Notes: a model not told the origin generated them from the letters alone. DNA of 64,000 nucleotides from Microbotryum violaceum (GCA_001244265.2 CDLV01000012.1:1054001-1118000); one strand, 5' to 3'; shown: positions 44,248-56,998, numbered from the stretch's first letter. Program-made: numbers and translations.

Positions 44248-45088
44248 ATACAATCCCGCGGCCACGATCAATATTCTGCTCGATCTCGACATGTCGGCGG
44301 GATTCTCCCACCTCCTCACGTACGACTACTCGCTCGACAACAGCTTCGTCGAAGAGAGTATCTCATATGAGCTTCTTGGCCCGAAAACCCAATGTGTCGT
44401 CCTCTCGCAAGCTCAAGGACATGATCTGAAACACGTCAGGGCCAATCCCGTTCCCTGCGGCACTCCGGTCATAGTCTGTCCTACCGTCATACTGGCCGCG
44501 GCAACTGCGCCGTTCTCGAACTGGATATGTTCAAGACTGGGGTAGACGTCCGAACCGCGCTGTGTTCCGGCCCTAAAAGTCGTTATATATGCTCTGCTCT
44601 CCGTGCTGTCGGCTCTTGCTTTGCCATGAAGCCCTTGGAGGAAGAGGAACTTGCAGCGATCGATCGTTCAGCTCCTTTGGAACCCTACTGTAATACTCTG
44701 TAGTTACTCAAGGCCTGAGGCGCGTCTGGCCTTAAGCCTTGTCGGGAACTAGACTCTCTCTTCCTTTCTGGTCAGTTTATTCTTTGGAATACATACTCGT
44801 ATCCTGTAATTTTGCAAGGCCACACGACCAGGCCTTAAACCTACTGCATTATGTTCTTGTCCCGGTTGATTGAACTGAGTCGTGGCCCTCACAGATTCCA
44901 TTTAGGACCATTTCTGTGAGAACTGTGGTACACGGGGTCCCGTCGTTGTCGTCATTTCCAATTACCAGGGTTATCAGCGGTTACGGGAGCATCGGTTATC
45001 GAGTTTTTCGAGCGCGCGCAAAGTATCTCAATCGCAAATAATCACAAAACCAGGAAAAAGAACAACAAATGAAAGAACAAACACACAT

Positions 45089-47770
45089 TCACGGGCGAGG
45101 CTGAAAAGCAGGGCCAAGTATTTTTCTCATCTTGACTTGCATCTTCGCCATCTCCCCTGTGGTCTGCACCGAACCCATGGGAAAGTCGGGGATTTTGCGC
45201 GTGAGCATGGCGAGCAATCGGCCTTCCACCGGACTGAGCCTGTACATGGCGTTGAGGAGGTCCACACGTTCCTGACGATCAGAAACAATGTCGCCCCAGA
45301 GATCCAGTCGTGCAGCGTATAGCGGCGCCAAGTCCGGCAACCCATGGTTCCATGTTAGGTACATTGAATACCATGCCGCCCAGGTGGGTGGACTCAGGAA
45401 TTCAAGAAACGAGCCCACAATGTAGAAGAACCAGTAGACCACGGACTCGAAGTCGTCAGCCAGATCCCGCTCTGCCACAGCCTTGTCCCGTTTCGTGAGG
45501 AGCCAGAAAAGCGCGCCTGAAGATGCCGTGTCGAGGGTGAATCTGGCGGACCCACAATCCTCGGCGGCGCAGCGAACGAGTTCACCCGGCGGAGCAACGA
45601 TGCCCGAGTCCCAGTCGACCAGAACAAGATGTCCTCGGTGGTGGAGGATGTTGCCGAGCGACAAGTCGCGATGATGGATACCGAGATCGTAGAGAACCGG
45701 CAACAAGGTGAAGAGCCGATCCAAGACATAAAAGGCGTCGCTCATCGGATGGCGAGAATGTCGGTGTCCGTGGACCCGGGTAGGTAGAGGAGTGGGGTTG
45801 CGTAGAATGAGGAGGTCCAACTTGCGTCGTAGCACTCGTTGATGAGCATCTTGCCCGTCTCGACGCACTGGCAAGTCCTCGTCCTTTATTTGTGAGTAAT
45901 GGAGGCCAAACGACTTGGGCTTTTCGAGAAGAGAAATGTGGTTGAAGATCAACGACGACTCTTCCGGCGACGCGATGGACGCACAACGCTCCTCAATCTT
46001 TTGCAGCACGGTCGCCTCGTGGCCAACATAGTTGAGCGTGTTGTATTGGACCTTGAGCACAAAGGACGGTGTGGAGTTTGACGGCGAAGATGCCGAGCCC
46101 GCCGGCGCGACCAAGCTTGGTCGGGTCAGCTGCAAAACGACCGTGCTGCGGCTGAAGATGGACCCGTCGTCCCTGAGTGTGGAGTGGACGAGCTCGATGG
46201 GTTCCTCGTCGATGAACTCGACGATCCGGCCGACGAGGGGAGCTCCCTCTTCGAGCTCAGGCGGACGAAGGCAAGAAGCCAAGAATGACACGGGCTTGAT
46301 GCCACTGTTGGAGTGGCATGCGTAGCGGAAGAGCGGGTTGAACCCTGCCGAGTAGACATCCAGGCCAAACAGAATGGAAAGGACGACCCCCAACTCGCCA
46401 GAGCCCTCACCCCAACAATCCGAGATGGTCGCGATCCGACACGTCTCATGGTCGAGCACAACGAGGTAAGCCGCGGTTTGGGTTATGGCCAGGCCCGGCG
46501 AATACATGCGAGTTGGTTGCCTTTGTGCATGTTGCGCCAAGTCGAGCACGACCTCGACCAGGGGAGACGGAACAAACGTCGTTCGCTTTGCATGGCCCCC
46601 CTGCAGAAGCATGCCGAAACGGATCGGCACTAGCATACCACGGGCGGCAGCCTGCCCTTTCTTCTTCACGGCCATCTGCTCGCAGCACGTCAAGAAATGG
46701 TGAGGTTGAGTGAGTTCGAAGTCCGTGTGGCGTGCACCTTCTTCAGTCAATCGAGGGTCTTCTTGCGCTTGTGCAATCGTCAAACCCTTCTGTTGTCCGC
46801 CTCCGAAAGTCGCCTGGTTCCTGGTTCGAAATCGGATAGCGAGCGCAGCATTCAGCATCGTCGTATGCCACGCACAATCTGGATAGTCGTGGCTGAAAGA
46901 TGCTTACATATTTTGCAAGTGGCCAAACCCAATCTGCCTTTTTTTGGCTCGCAGGTCGTTGGCAGTCGCGTTTGAAATCGTCCCTCAGCCTGCTCAGGAC
47001 TGGCTTGGGGCGCTTCTGAACTTCTTGCGCGCGTGCCTTGAACCTTGCTTGCTCCATCCGACAGCCGAATATACCAAATCGGGGGGATTGCACACGACGA
47101 CACGTGGAACGATCTCCTCTTCGATGAAGAATTGGTCATCTTCGCAGTCCAGCGCATGCGAAATGAGAGCTTCGACCACACTTTCGCGCGCCGCATTGTT
47201 CGCGGTCGCAAGCATCGGGTGATTGAGGTTGTCACGCTGGTCACGGTCACCGTGGAAGGGGTGGGCGCCGCTTGCCGCCGTCGGACAGCGCGTCATGCTC
47301 GGCAACGACGGAGAGCGTGGGACCGCGGGGTCGGCCTGGGCCTGGCCTCGATCTTGGCGCCCGTCCGGATGCGATGGTGACGACGACGAGCGCAGGGGTG
47401 GAGAGGATTCGGATGATAGCAAAAGTGCTGCCGGCGACGGCGGGCACGAACGCGGGGAAGTTGACGATCGAGGCGAATGCGAATGCGAGGGTGCGGGCGA
47501 CGGTGGGACCCATGACGGTGGTGACTGTTGCAGGTAGAAGATGACTGAGCTTGGTCAGCGGGTGAGCAACTCCACACCGATTGAGAGTTTATTTTCACTT
47601 GCATCTGGCTGTTTAGGGGGCTCGCGATCGAATGCGCTGCTACGTGGAGCTTCGACGCTTGTTGGCGAACACGCGTGGAATTGGCGCTCGCTGGGTGGGG
47701 AGGCTTTGTTCAATGATGGAGGACTGGGACGAGGGCGACCAGTACCACCTTGCTTCGCTGGCATGGTCAA
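45089..47770 (-). CDS. FunK1-type fungal protein kinase with N-terminal REase-like region; 5' part possibly disrupted
   Basis: 589-aa ORF with QPTRMYSPGLAIT..VVLDH, GFNP, SIFSRST, VLKV, IHHRDLSLGNIL, VLVDWD and DDFESVVY. The upstream exon in the same frame has two in-frame TGA codons near 46985-46996. Confidence 0.82.
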
Positions 47771-47825
47771 TTCGAGCGCGCTGCAGCGAGGTAGCGATGA
47801 AGCGATGAGCAGAGTCGCGGTAGAT

Positions 47826-47897
47826 ACTGAAACCGGGGCTGGACACTGAAACCGGGGCTGGACAGAGTCGCAATAGTTACTGAAACCGGGGCTGGAC
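47826..47897. repeat. 19-bp direct repeat x3 (ACTGAAACCGGGGCTGGAC) upstream of the FunK1 gene
   Basis: Copies at 47826-47844, 47845-47863 and 47879-47897. Confidence 0.9.
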
Positions 47898-48720
47898 GGG
47901 ATCCACAGTTGACGGGACCGGGCTATAGGGCGCCTCTTTTTTTTTCTTTTTTTTTTCTTTTTGTATGAAACTCATCGCTAATGAGAAATCCCCCTACGGA
48001 ACTAAAGGAGATGCTGCCCAGTATGCACGATGATGACCACAACCGCCGCTCGATGCGTTGTAACTAGCAGAACAGACCAACCCGATACATCCGAGTTCAA
48101 GTCCCCCCCACCCACGGTTGCTCCCTCCCAGAGACGAATGAAAGGAAGATTGAAGATAATACACAAGGAACTGGGAAACGATGGAGGAATTGTTGGTGGT
48201 GGTACATGTGTTGTACAGGCGAATCCGATCATAGTTGTACAGTTGAACCTTCTTCGATCTGTTGACTTCAGACCCCTGAGACCGCCATACTCCTTGAAGC
48301 CCCTTAATTCTTTGAGACGCGTCGAACAAGGCTTCCGATGGCCCAAACATTCCGCTCAATCCGAATGATTCACGTGGTCCAAAGGGGGGATATAACCCCC
48401 TGCGACCGCAGCAATCACATACCCCTTGTACCCAACTGCGCTGTACGCTCCAAGCGCCAGAGAGGCGCGACAGCCAGCGCTGCACGAAAAACCCAAGCTA
48501 CCGCACCGCATCATCACGCACGTCAGCGCTCCGGCTCGGCGATCGACACAGCTGGCTCCATTTTGTGCTGCAGGATAGCGCGCGCACAAAAATATAGGAA
48601 ATTGCGCAAACCTTTTCATGTAGACCTGGTTCGCGCCTTGTCGATGGGTGATGATATTTAAATGTCCACATGCATACTTAGGGCCTATCTCCCCTATTCA
48701 ATCCCTCGATCCCTAATTAA

Positions 48721-50240
48721 TTAGTACTGGTTCAACACGGGTTCAACACCCTTGACGATGGAAGCGTAGACTTGATCAATCGTTTTCGATGACTCGATCT
48801 TTCAATTCGGTCATGGCAAGGAATATGCATTCATGTCAGCAGCCAAACCCAGTCCTCGCGAATGACCGCCGACTCGGACAGACCTCGACGACCTTGCCCT
48901 TCTCCCGGTAGTAGTCGACAACGGGCATAGAGGTGTCGATAAAAGTCTCTATAGTGGAGGAAACCACCAGCATGCCCCAAATCACAAGGTCAGCGCCTGA
49001 TCCCGTGTGTATTGCCAGAGAAGGCGTATTTTGGCGAGAATGCAACACTCACTGAAACGCTTCTTGATGCTCTCGGCGTTGTCGTCGTCTCGCCCACTCG
49101 TCTTGCCACGTTCCAACAATCGCTCTTGGAGAATCTCCTCCGGGCAAACCAAGAACAAGACGAGCGAAGAAGGGCATACCTGTGGGGAAGCAATTCAGCT
49201 GCCATCAGCGCTCACTCTGCCGTATCGCTAATTCAGCTCCACCATGACCTTCCTCCTCAACTCACACTCTCATCAAACTTGATCGCCTGATCCATCTTTC
49301 TTGGGAACCCATCGACGAGGAACCTCTTATTGTCCGGATCTTTAGCCATGGCGTCGCTCATCGCGTTGGACAAAAGTTGGATCGTCACTTCCATAGGCAC
49401 GATCTTGCCTTCGGTGATGTATTCTTTGATCATGGCGCCGACTTTGGAGTCGGGTCGTTGTTGTTCGGCTCGGAGGAGATCACCGGCTATTTGAAAGCGA
49501 AAGCAAATTGACAGTAGTGCACGTTAGTTCGTGGTAGCGTCAGATACGAGAAGGCGAATGGTCGTTTCTGCTTACCCGAGAGGTGTACGAATCGGTAATC
49601 ATCGACCAAGCGAGCGCATTGCGTGCCCTTGCCTGTTCATCCACCGGTACGACGCGTCGACGAAGAGATGGGGAAGGGATGATGACGTGCCGCGCGCGTC
49701 AGTTATCACGACTCGACAACCGCACACACCGCGACCAAGGGACATAAGAATGAACTGACCTGCCCCTGGACCACCGAGAACAAAGATGACGGTCACTTCT
49801 TTCGGGTTGAACTTGGGCTTCTCCGAAGACGAGCTGGAGTCGACGGGGGCCATCGTTGCGGGTGCTGCTGGTGGTGGTGGTGGTGGAGGTGGAGGTGGTG
49901 GGGCAGTCTTGGTATCGGCAAAAGGGAGGTAGTCTGGATCGACGGTGCCTGGTGTGGGAGGAGTGACGGTGATGGGGATGACCGAATCGATGAGTGTCGT
50001 GGTCTTGTTGGTGCGGGCGGAAGAGAAGGGGGACGCGGGGCCCGTGTCGGAGGGACCGGCAGCCGCGTCGGCGGTGGGCGAGAAAGCCGTCGCCGAGGCC
50101 GCCGGGTGGTGTGGGTGGGCCAAAGCAACAGACGAGGTCGCCGTCCAGGCCGAGGAGAGTGGGGGCGCTTCGGTCTTTTGATTCGAAGGTGCGGAAGTGC
50201 CGATGATGAGACTCTTGAGTCGTTTGAACAAGGGGGCCAT
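48721..50240 (-). CDS. URA6: UMP-CMP (uridylate) kinase, multi-exon, with N-terminal extension
   Basis: VIFVLGGPGAG|KGTQC, HLS|AGDLLRAEQ, EGKIVPMEVT, FLVDGFPRKMDQA and GRDDDNAESIKKRF. Confidence 0.95.
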
Positions 50241-51189
50241 TCAGAGCTCCGATCGGCGTTCAGAGCACTGCTTGTCACGGTGGGGGCCCGAGAGGCGGCG
50301 TGGGGAGATGGGGCCCGTCTCCTCAGAGGGGATTGGGGAACTCTCGTTTGCTCGAGCGATTGTCCGTATGTCGTCGGTGTAAGACCTGACGATAAGCGAT
50401 AATTGAGACGCCGACGATGGCGACGAATGAGAGCGGCCACGTGAGGGAGGAAGTCGTCGCCTTCGCTCGGGTGATAGGGGGCGGTCGAGGCGCACCGGGG
50501 CGCGCTGCAGGCATGAGCTTGGTAAGTTGCTGTTCGATGCTTGAAACGGACTTGTGCTACAAGAACCCCAAGCGTGTGGATGGGATGGGGCCGTTCTACA
50601 GCTTGCTCGGAAGAGGCTCGGATTCGAGCTTATTTCCTCGGCGATCGTGCGCGAACTTGGTCGATTGTGCCCGATTTGGATCAAGGCGCGTCACGGTCAT
50701 TCACGGTTACTTGTCTCCCGTTTTCTATCAACCACCTACAGTCACACTTACGTAGCCCGTCATGTTGTTTGGCTCCTTAGACCCGTCACAAGATGTCGAC
50801 TGTGAGTCACTGTCACTGCAGCCCATCGGCCTCCGCCCCCTTGTGGTGCCGCAGGTGGGGCCCAACCTTCAGCCTGAGCGTGTCTTGCTTGTGCTGAACA
50901 CCCTCATCCCGTCCATCCGATGATGGCCAAAACAGGTTGTTCGCTCTATCTACACGACAAGAACTGCACTTCAATCGTCAAGGAGAACTTATGACACCCC
51001 TTCCAGCGCTGTAAGCACTACCGAGCCTGCAGATTTGTACAACCGTACTTGACGCAGATCAAGGAGGGGTGCATTCTATACTAGAAACTTGCTGGAGGAA
51101 CGAGTGGCTTGACAACTCGAATCACTATCGTCTTGGCACTCGGGGGAGGAGCATTCCTTTACACCGCATGTCAGTCTAGGGAGTCTCGG

Positions 51190-51890
51190 CATCCGTAGAG
51201 GAGGAAACCCCCTATTTCCTGAGCGTGACAACAGAGGCTGAAGCTTTCCGCGTGACTCGAACAGATGCGAAAGAGGAGGAGTTGATCCATCCGCACCTTC
51301 CTAGCAAGGACATCATGGAAATGACTCAGAGCGAACAAGTCGATCTGGTGAAACACTAGAAGGCCGGCCATGAGAAGCGTGAGTTTTCGAAACTGAGCCC
51401 TGTAGTGTCACGACTTTGTCACCATCGATCAAGTCTCGGCACCTTCTTTGTACCTCAATACTTGTTCGCTTTCTGAAACTTATCAATTCCGTCTCCTTTG
51501 CCGGCGTGGCACTCGAGCGGGCACACAAAGCTGCGCTGGACAAAGAATTGGCGCGAATCGAAGAAGCACACCCTGGAGCCCTCGAACGCCGCAAGGAATG
51601 TGAGGAACGGAGAGCCAAGATCAAGGCCCACGAGGTTATGTTGATGCAGCACCGTCATGCCGAAGGATGCCCGCATATGGGAGGGAAGATGCAGAGTTGG
51701 CCTGAGACGAAGCGCGCTCAGGTACGCTTTTGGCGATTTGGCAAACCCCGAGAGCGACCGAACTGAATGGCACTCACTGATCGCTGATACCTCGTCATCA
51801 TGGTACAGGCGGCGGAAGACATCAAGACAGATTCCAAGATGGACGCGCTGCAAAAGAAGCGGGAGGAGCAAGGCGTCAAATTCTAGACTG
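51190..51890 (+). pseudogene. Unidentified degraded coding remnant
   Basis: Protein-like frames (ETPYFLSVTTEAE..DLVKH*; ALDKELARIEEAHPGALERRKECEERR) with an in-frame stop and splice-like sites. No family recognised. Confidence 0.35.
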
Positions 51891-52231
51891 AACGTCAGTC
51901 ACCTTGCAGTTGGCTTGCGATGTCCACTTCGTCTTCGTAGCTCAAAGTCCGCAGCGGACCTGCCAATGCAAGGTGGGCACTCCATCTGATCGAGTGGATT
52001 TAGTGAAAAGAATGTTACCATCCGGGTTCAATAACTAAGCAAGGCAATTCCGTAAAAGCAACGAATTTGGCAGGACTCTGCCGGTCCTGTCGGCTTTCGC
52101 TCGCTCCCCGCCGAGTCTGAGTTTTCAAGGACAGATAGTATTGCGACTTCCTTGCGTAGGATTAGTATTGGGGGGAGGTTGCTATGAGCCCAGTTCTGGA
52201 TGAGACATTGCCACCAATGTCATAGTTTCTA

Positions 52232-54612
52232 TCAATTTGGAACCACTTTCTGCTTTTTTAGTCCTCGGAAGGAAGGTTTGAAGTTGAGGGTAGCGAGGTT
52301 CCAGTCGATCAAGCACAGCGAACCGTCTTCGCGCAGCAGCACGTTACAGAGATTCCGGTCCAAATGATCGACCCCATGCTTGTCGAATAGACAGTAAGCG
52401 TTGCTGTGGAGAGACGGACCTCCGATGGATCAGCAAGCTATAGTAGCCGCGAACACGCTACAAGAGCCGTGTAGCTCACTCGACCTTCTGTTGGAGTTCC
52501 TCGTTCGATCGCTCAGACCGTGGGATTGGCCGTCCTCCGTAACCCATAATTAAAGCGATCGAATCGCCACGAGCACTTCGGAAGGTTCCGTAATAAGCAG
52601 GAAGGAACGCGCGCGCGCATTTTCGGGAGGAGCGGAAAAATGTGTTCGTAAAAGAGCGATTCTCGGATCCCGGCTTCCAGCTTGTCGTCTTCGAAAAGCT
52701 TGATGGCCACGGGTCGGTCGGTCGGGATCGAGCTTGAGCTCGGGCAGTATGCAATCCCCTCACGAGGCGTTCCGGCTTGTAACCTGTCTACTTCACGAGC
52801 CTTCGAGCCCTCCTCATCCTTAAGAACCGGTTCTTTGAATCCGGGAGCGTTGAGTACGAGTTTACCAGCGGTCACAGAGCCGAATCCTCCTCTCCCGAGG
52901 AGTTGCACCGCAGCGAGGAGCGGTAAAGTGTCGACTTTGATCTTCCTCAGATTGGACAAAGTGACAGAGCTCTTCTTACGTCCACGCTGTTCGCCCAGGG
53001 GCTTCGAAAGATAAGCCAACAACGCGGGGAAGAGGTGGATAAGGCGATGACTCGTTCTGTATCGGGGGCTGCCAGGGTTTTGCCCGGCTTGACAACGACG
53101 TCGAAAATAACAGCTTCGAGACGTGTGCCCAGTTTGTTCCATTCGAACTCGCTTAGAACTATCCGCGCCTAAGATCCTAGGAGGGGTTGTCTCCCCGCGC
53201 ACTGCCGATCTCGATGAAGATACTGAAGGATTGATATCCTCTTGCAATTGTGGTTGAGATGGCTTACCGGCCACACCGTAGTATTCAATCTCGCCTGGAT
53301 AGCGAGCCCCTTGGTGGTCCATACGTCAGAGGCGAATGGTTTCGTGGATCCCGTGTCCACCAGTCCTTCACTTGGTTGTTTCTCGGCCCCTTCCTCGGCA
53401 TGTCTAGCTTGCCCGCCGCCACCGGAATCACGGCTGGGACCATCGGAATCTCTCCTCGCACCAAATAGAGATCTGAGGGTCTCGTGGGACGGAAGTGGCA
53501 CATTGACAAGATAGTCCAGTATAGTGGCGAGGAACAGAAGCGGAATGGATTTTGCCAAAAAATGAAATGGAAAACGATCCCGATCCATGAGGGTCGTGCC
53601 AATTTTAAAGATTGGCGTATAAATGAGGCCAACTTCTTGATCGTTGTTCGGATTGGTGACTGTGAGGAAATCAGAAGGTGACTTAGGGATGAGCAAGCTC
53701 ATTCGTCATGACCAATCCGACTCACCCGACTCGGCCAGAATGGCGAAATGAGTGCTCATCATGATGCCGAAGCGCACCGGTACCTCGACTTTACCCGTCT
53801 TTGGGTCACGTTGAATTGCAGACTGCATCCTCCAGGCAAGCTGGAGGCCCAAGGAAAGATACAGTTGGCATTATAGTGACCGTTGAGTGAAGCACGAGGG
53901 AATGCAAGATGCTCACCTTGTTCAGCATCGCCTGTGCGCCGTGGCTCCTGCCGCTTGGATCGAGCGGGATCGGCCCACGCTGGTGGAGGAAGTACTTGCA
54001 CTCGTCCTCGCGGGCGAAGAGGTTCGTTTGACATCCAAAGGTCATGAAGCTCGAGTCTTCTTCGAAAGATATGATCGTGTTGGACGCCACCCTCGTATGA
54101 GTATGCCGCAGAGCGAACGTGATACCGCGAGGAATATGGGTTTGATCAGGGTCCTCGGGGCTGGAGTGAAGAATGTAACGACCGCCGTTCAGCTTATTGA
54201 CGTCCTCACCAAGCTGGGCCTGGTACTCTTGCAGCAGAAACATGACGAGGGGGTCGAGTAATCGTGTACGCAGGTCGTGCACGCTGACTGTGCACTGGGG
54301 TAAGTTCGTACAGAAGAGTCGTGCTTTCCCAGTGATTTTGAGCAGCGCGCACGCCTCGTAGAACACGGATTCCACCATCTTGTGCTCGCGGAGAAAGCCC
54401 AGTAACGCGTCTTCCACACGTTCTTGAAGTGAGGTATCCAGTATTGCTGAGACTGGGAGCTGTGACGAGGGAGGAAGGGGGGCTCCTTGGAAGGGCGTGC
54501 CAATCGCACGGTAGCTGAAGTCGTCCAACCTGCCGCAAGGGTCATGATCAGAGGATAATCCCTCGGGCAGTACTGTGAATGGGGAGAAAATGGAATCGTT
54601 GTTGAGATTCAT
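52232..54612 (-). CDS. Degenerate REase-like domain + minimal protein kinase, multi-exon; linker frame unresolved
   Basis: N-terminal domain with IISFEED..AQAMLNK|..VRFGIMM..GLIYTPIF. Kinase LGRGGFGSV, VAIKLF, HLDRNLCNVL and CLIDWN, then a basic tail. There is a 1-nt frameshift in a homopolymer at 52620-52623. Confidence 0.7.
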
Positions 54613-54850
54613 GATCTGATGAGTCGAAGTTCGCGCCTGGAACAGGTGAGACCAGTTCACTCTCCCACCGAAAAGGAAGAGTGGGGCCGGGGCCCTGGGC
54701 CACTGGTGCCACAAGCTTCAAGTAGCGTGCCGGGGTGGGCGAGGAGGGCGGAGCAATGGTACACCGTTCCTCTACCAAGCTCCCCCCGGGCCAAAAAACA
54801 GAAAAGCTGCCTTATCGCGCGTGCACGCACGAGTTTTTTTGGCTGGCTTA

Positions 54851-56173
54851 ATGGACCTGCCGTTTTGGGCCAAAAATGTCCAAACTTGCTGGCTGCCTGG
54901 CCAATTTTCGGGTCCCCAGAATGTCCAAATTTGCGAGCCGTCTATACAGGCTGGCTGGGCATTCGGGGGTCCTGAGTCGTTCAGAGAAGTTCGTGCCTGT
55001 TTGTGCGACGCGTTATTCCGCCCTTGCGTCATCGCGCTGGTGGCCGACGAAATACCTGACGATCGCAATCCGGTGTCATCATTGCAATGTGCGTCTGTCG
55101 TGCCCCGTCTGCTCGAAGGGCTTTGGCGGCTCCTGGAGCGCCTCAAGTTGGTCAATTTGGTCCAGTCCGAGATGGAGCGACTGCTTGGAGCTATCCCGTC
55201 CTATCAGCCATGCAAACATGAAGCCGAATGCCTGAAAACGACCTCGTCACTTCGTATCCGTGTTGTCGAACCGGTCTTTGGCATGATAATCGCTGGATTA
55301 GTCGCGGAGGAGCAGGCGTCTGAATCGTCGACGAAGCCGAGATGGGGCGATGGCAAGTTCTCGCTGATTTCCAAGTCACCGCGGCTGCACCGCCACCAAC
55401 AGGGTGACGAAGAACTCTTGCTTCTCGCTGATCGCAGGGTGACCTCTGTAGTCTGCCTCGAGAGTAAACAAGATCCTGTCCTGAATAAATACGGCCGCGT
55501 TCTCGATTCGTCGTCCCTGAAATTCCCAAAGGCTGCATTTAGACTTGCCGACCAAGAGGCCACAAGATTGCGTGTCAAGAAGCCGGCAACATTCAAGTCG
55601 AGCGCCATTTTGCTCAAGGTAAGCCGTCCCGCGCACTTGTGCAGTTCTTCCCAGCGGCCCTAGTATTGATCAAAGCGCCCCGAGCTTGCGCAGTCGGGCC
55701 TGCAGTTGGCAACCGCGTCAATTGACTACCAATTGGACGTCCGTTTCGGGATCGTCTGCGGCGCTTATCTTGGATTTGTGACCGAAAAAGGTGAGCATGC
55801 TGTCCCAACTCCGTGCGCACAACAGATCGAGCTGCGGACTGACCGAGCTGGCTTTCACTCCGCATCAGATCGGCTTCCGGAATTGCACAAGGGCGATTTT
55901 GGCGTCCTCTTCAGCCCCATCTTCCAAAGCCTGCCCACCACATCGTTCGAAACCCAGTACCCAACGGTATCGCTGGAGATGGTAGTTCTCGCCTTGTGCT
56001 TGATCGATGTCCTCGAGGTGGAAGAACCGAGCCCCGACGTCGTCGCCGCTCTGTTCAAAGATGCACAATTCGAGGCTGAGGATGATACAACCGACTCCAG
56101 CTTTCGTAGCGGTTCAGATACTGAGGGAAGCTTGTATATGGATACAGAAGCTCCGAGTAGCGATTCGAACTGA
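54851..56173 (+). CDS. Stand-alone REase-like (PD-(D/E)xK-type) protein, 3 exons, paralog of the divergent neighbour
   Basis: Open frame through introns 55619-55705 and 55791-55868: LRIRVVEPV, DEEL..VVCLESK, SAILLK|..VRFGIV and GVLFSPIF, with an acidic tail. Confidence 0.7.
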
Positions 56174-56998
56174 GGTCAGCTAGTTTCACTTGTCCGCCGT
56201 CAAAATATCGCCTTCTCTGCGACGGTGGTCGATGACCGACCAAATTGTGAGTTCGCTGGCTCAGCAACAATGCGCCCGGTGATATACTCTCGGGATTCTT
56301 ATGGGTCTAAAGAGATACCTTAATGCAATATCAAAAGATCATTGGTTTCAGCATGCTCATTATCCTCGGGTATCCTCGAGCTACCGGTTCTCATGTGTTA
56401 GCCGGGTTTGCGCGAGTCTCGAAAGTGGCCTGTCCTCAAAAATTTAGCCTGATCTGCTGCGCAAGTGGGGTGGGTTCAGTCAACAGCTGCCGCAAGCTCG
56501 AGCTACTCTGAACCAAGGGAAAGGTGCAGCCAAGAAAAGCAGTACTCTCGGTTGCAGTTGATAAACGAGGAAAAAGGGAACGCGAGACGACGGCGAGGAA
56601 TCATCAAGGGTGAGCGTATGCGACAATCGGTGGGCGGTGTGATCGTTTCACACGCATCAGCGAATATTCGCAACGATCGAGCCCAAGAGGTGAGAGCTCC
56701 GAGATGAGGTTGTGTGTACTGCGATCATTGTGTGCACGAGTTTTCGCAGACAAATGCGATTCTCCCGCGTAGACCCCAAGACCCCTCCTCTCACGACAAA
56801 GAAAGTCCAACGACCCACGCTGGGGTAAGCGTAATTCAGATCTTTTTCCTAGTAAGTGAATCATTTTACATCTTGAACCTGTTCTACCACGTCTTCGCGT
56901 CGTATCTATGGCGATCGTGTTTGGTTACAAAGGTACAACGCGATCGCGCCTCCTCCTCAATCCCACGACTGACTGACTTTCTGTGCTAACGTCTTCCA

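Noticed and set aside
47826..47897. Repeat-spacer pattern as CRISPR-like
   Set aside because: Only three copies, two of them directly adjacent, in a eukaryotic context with no cas genes.
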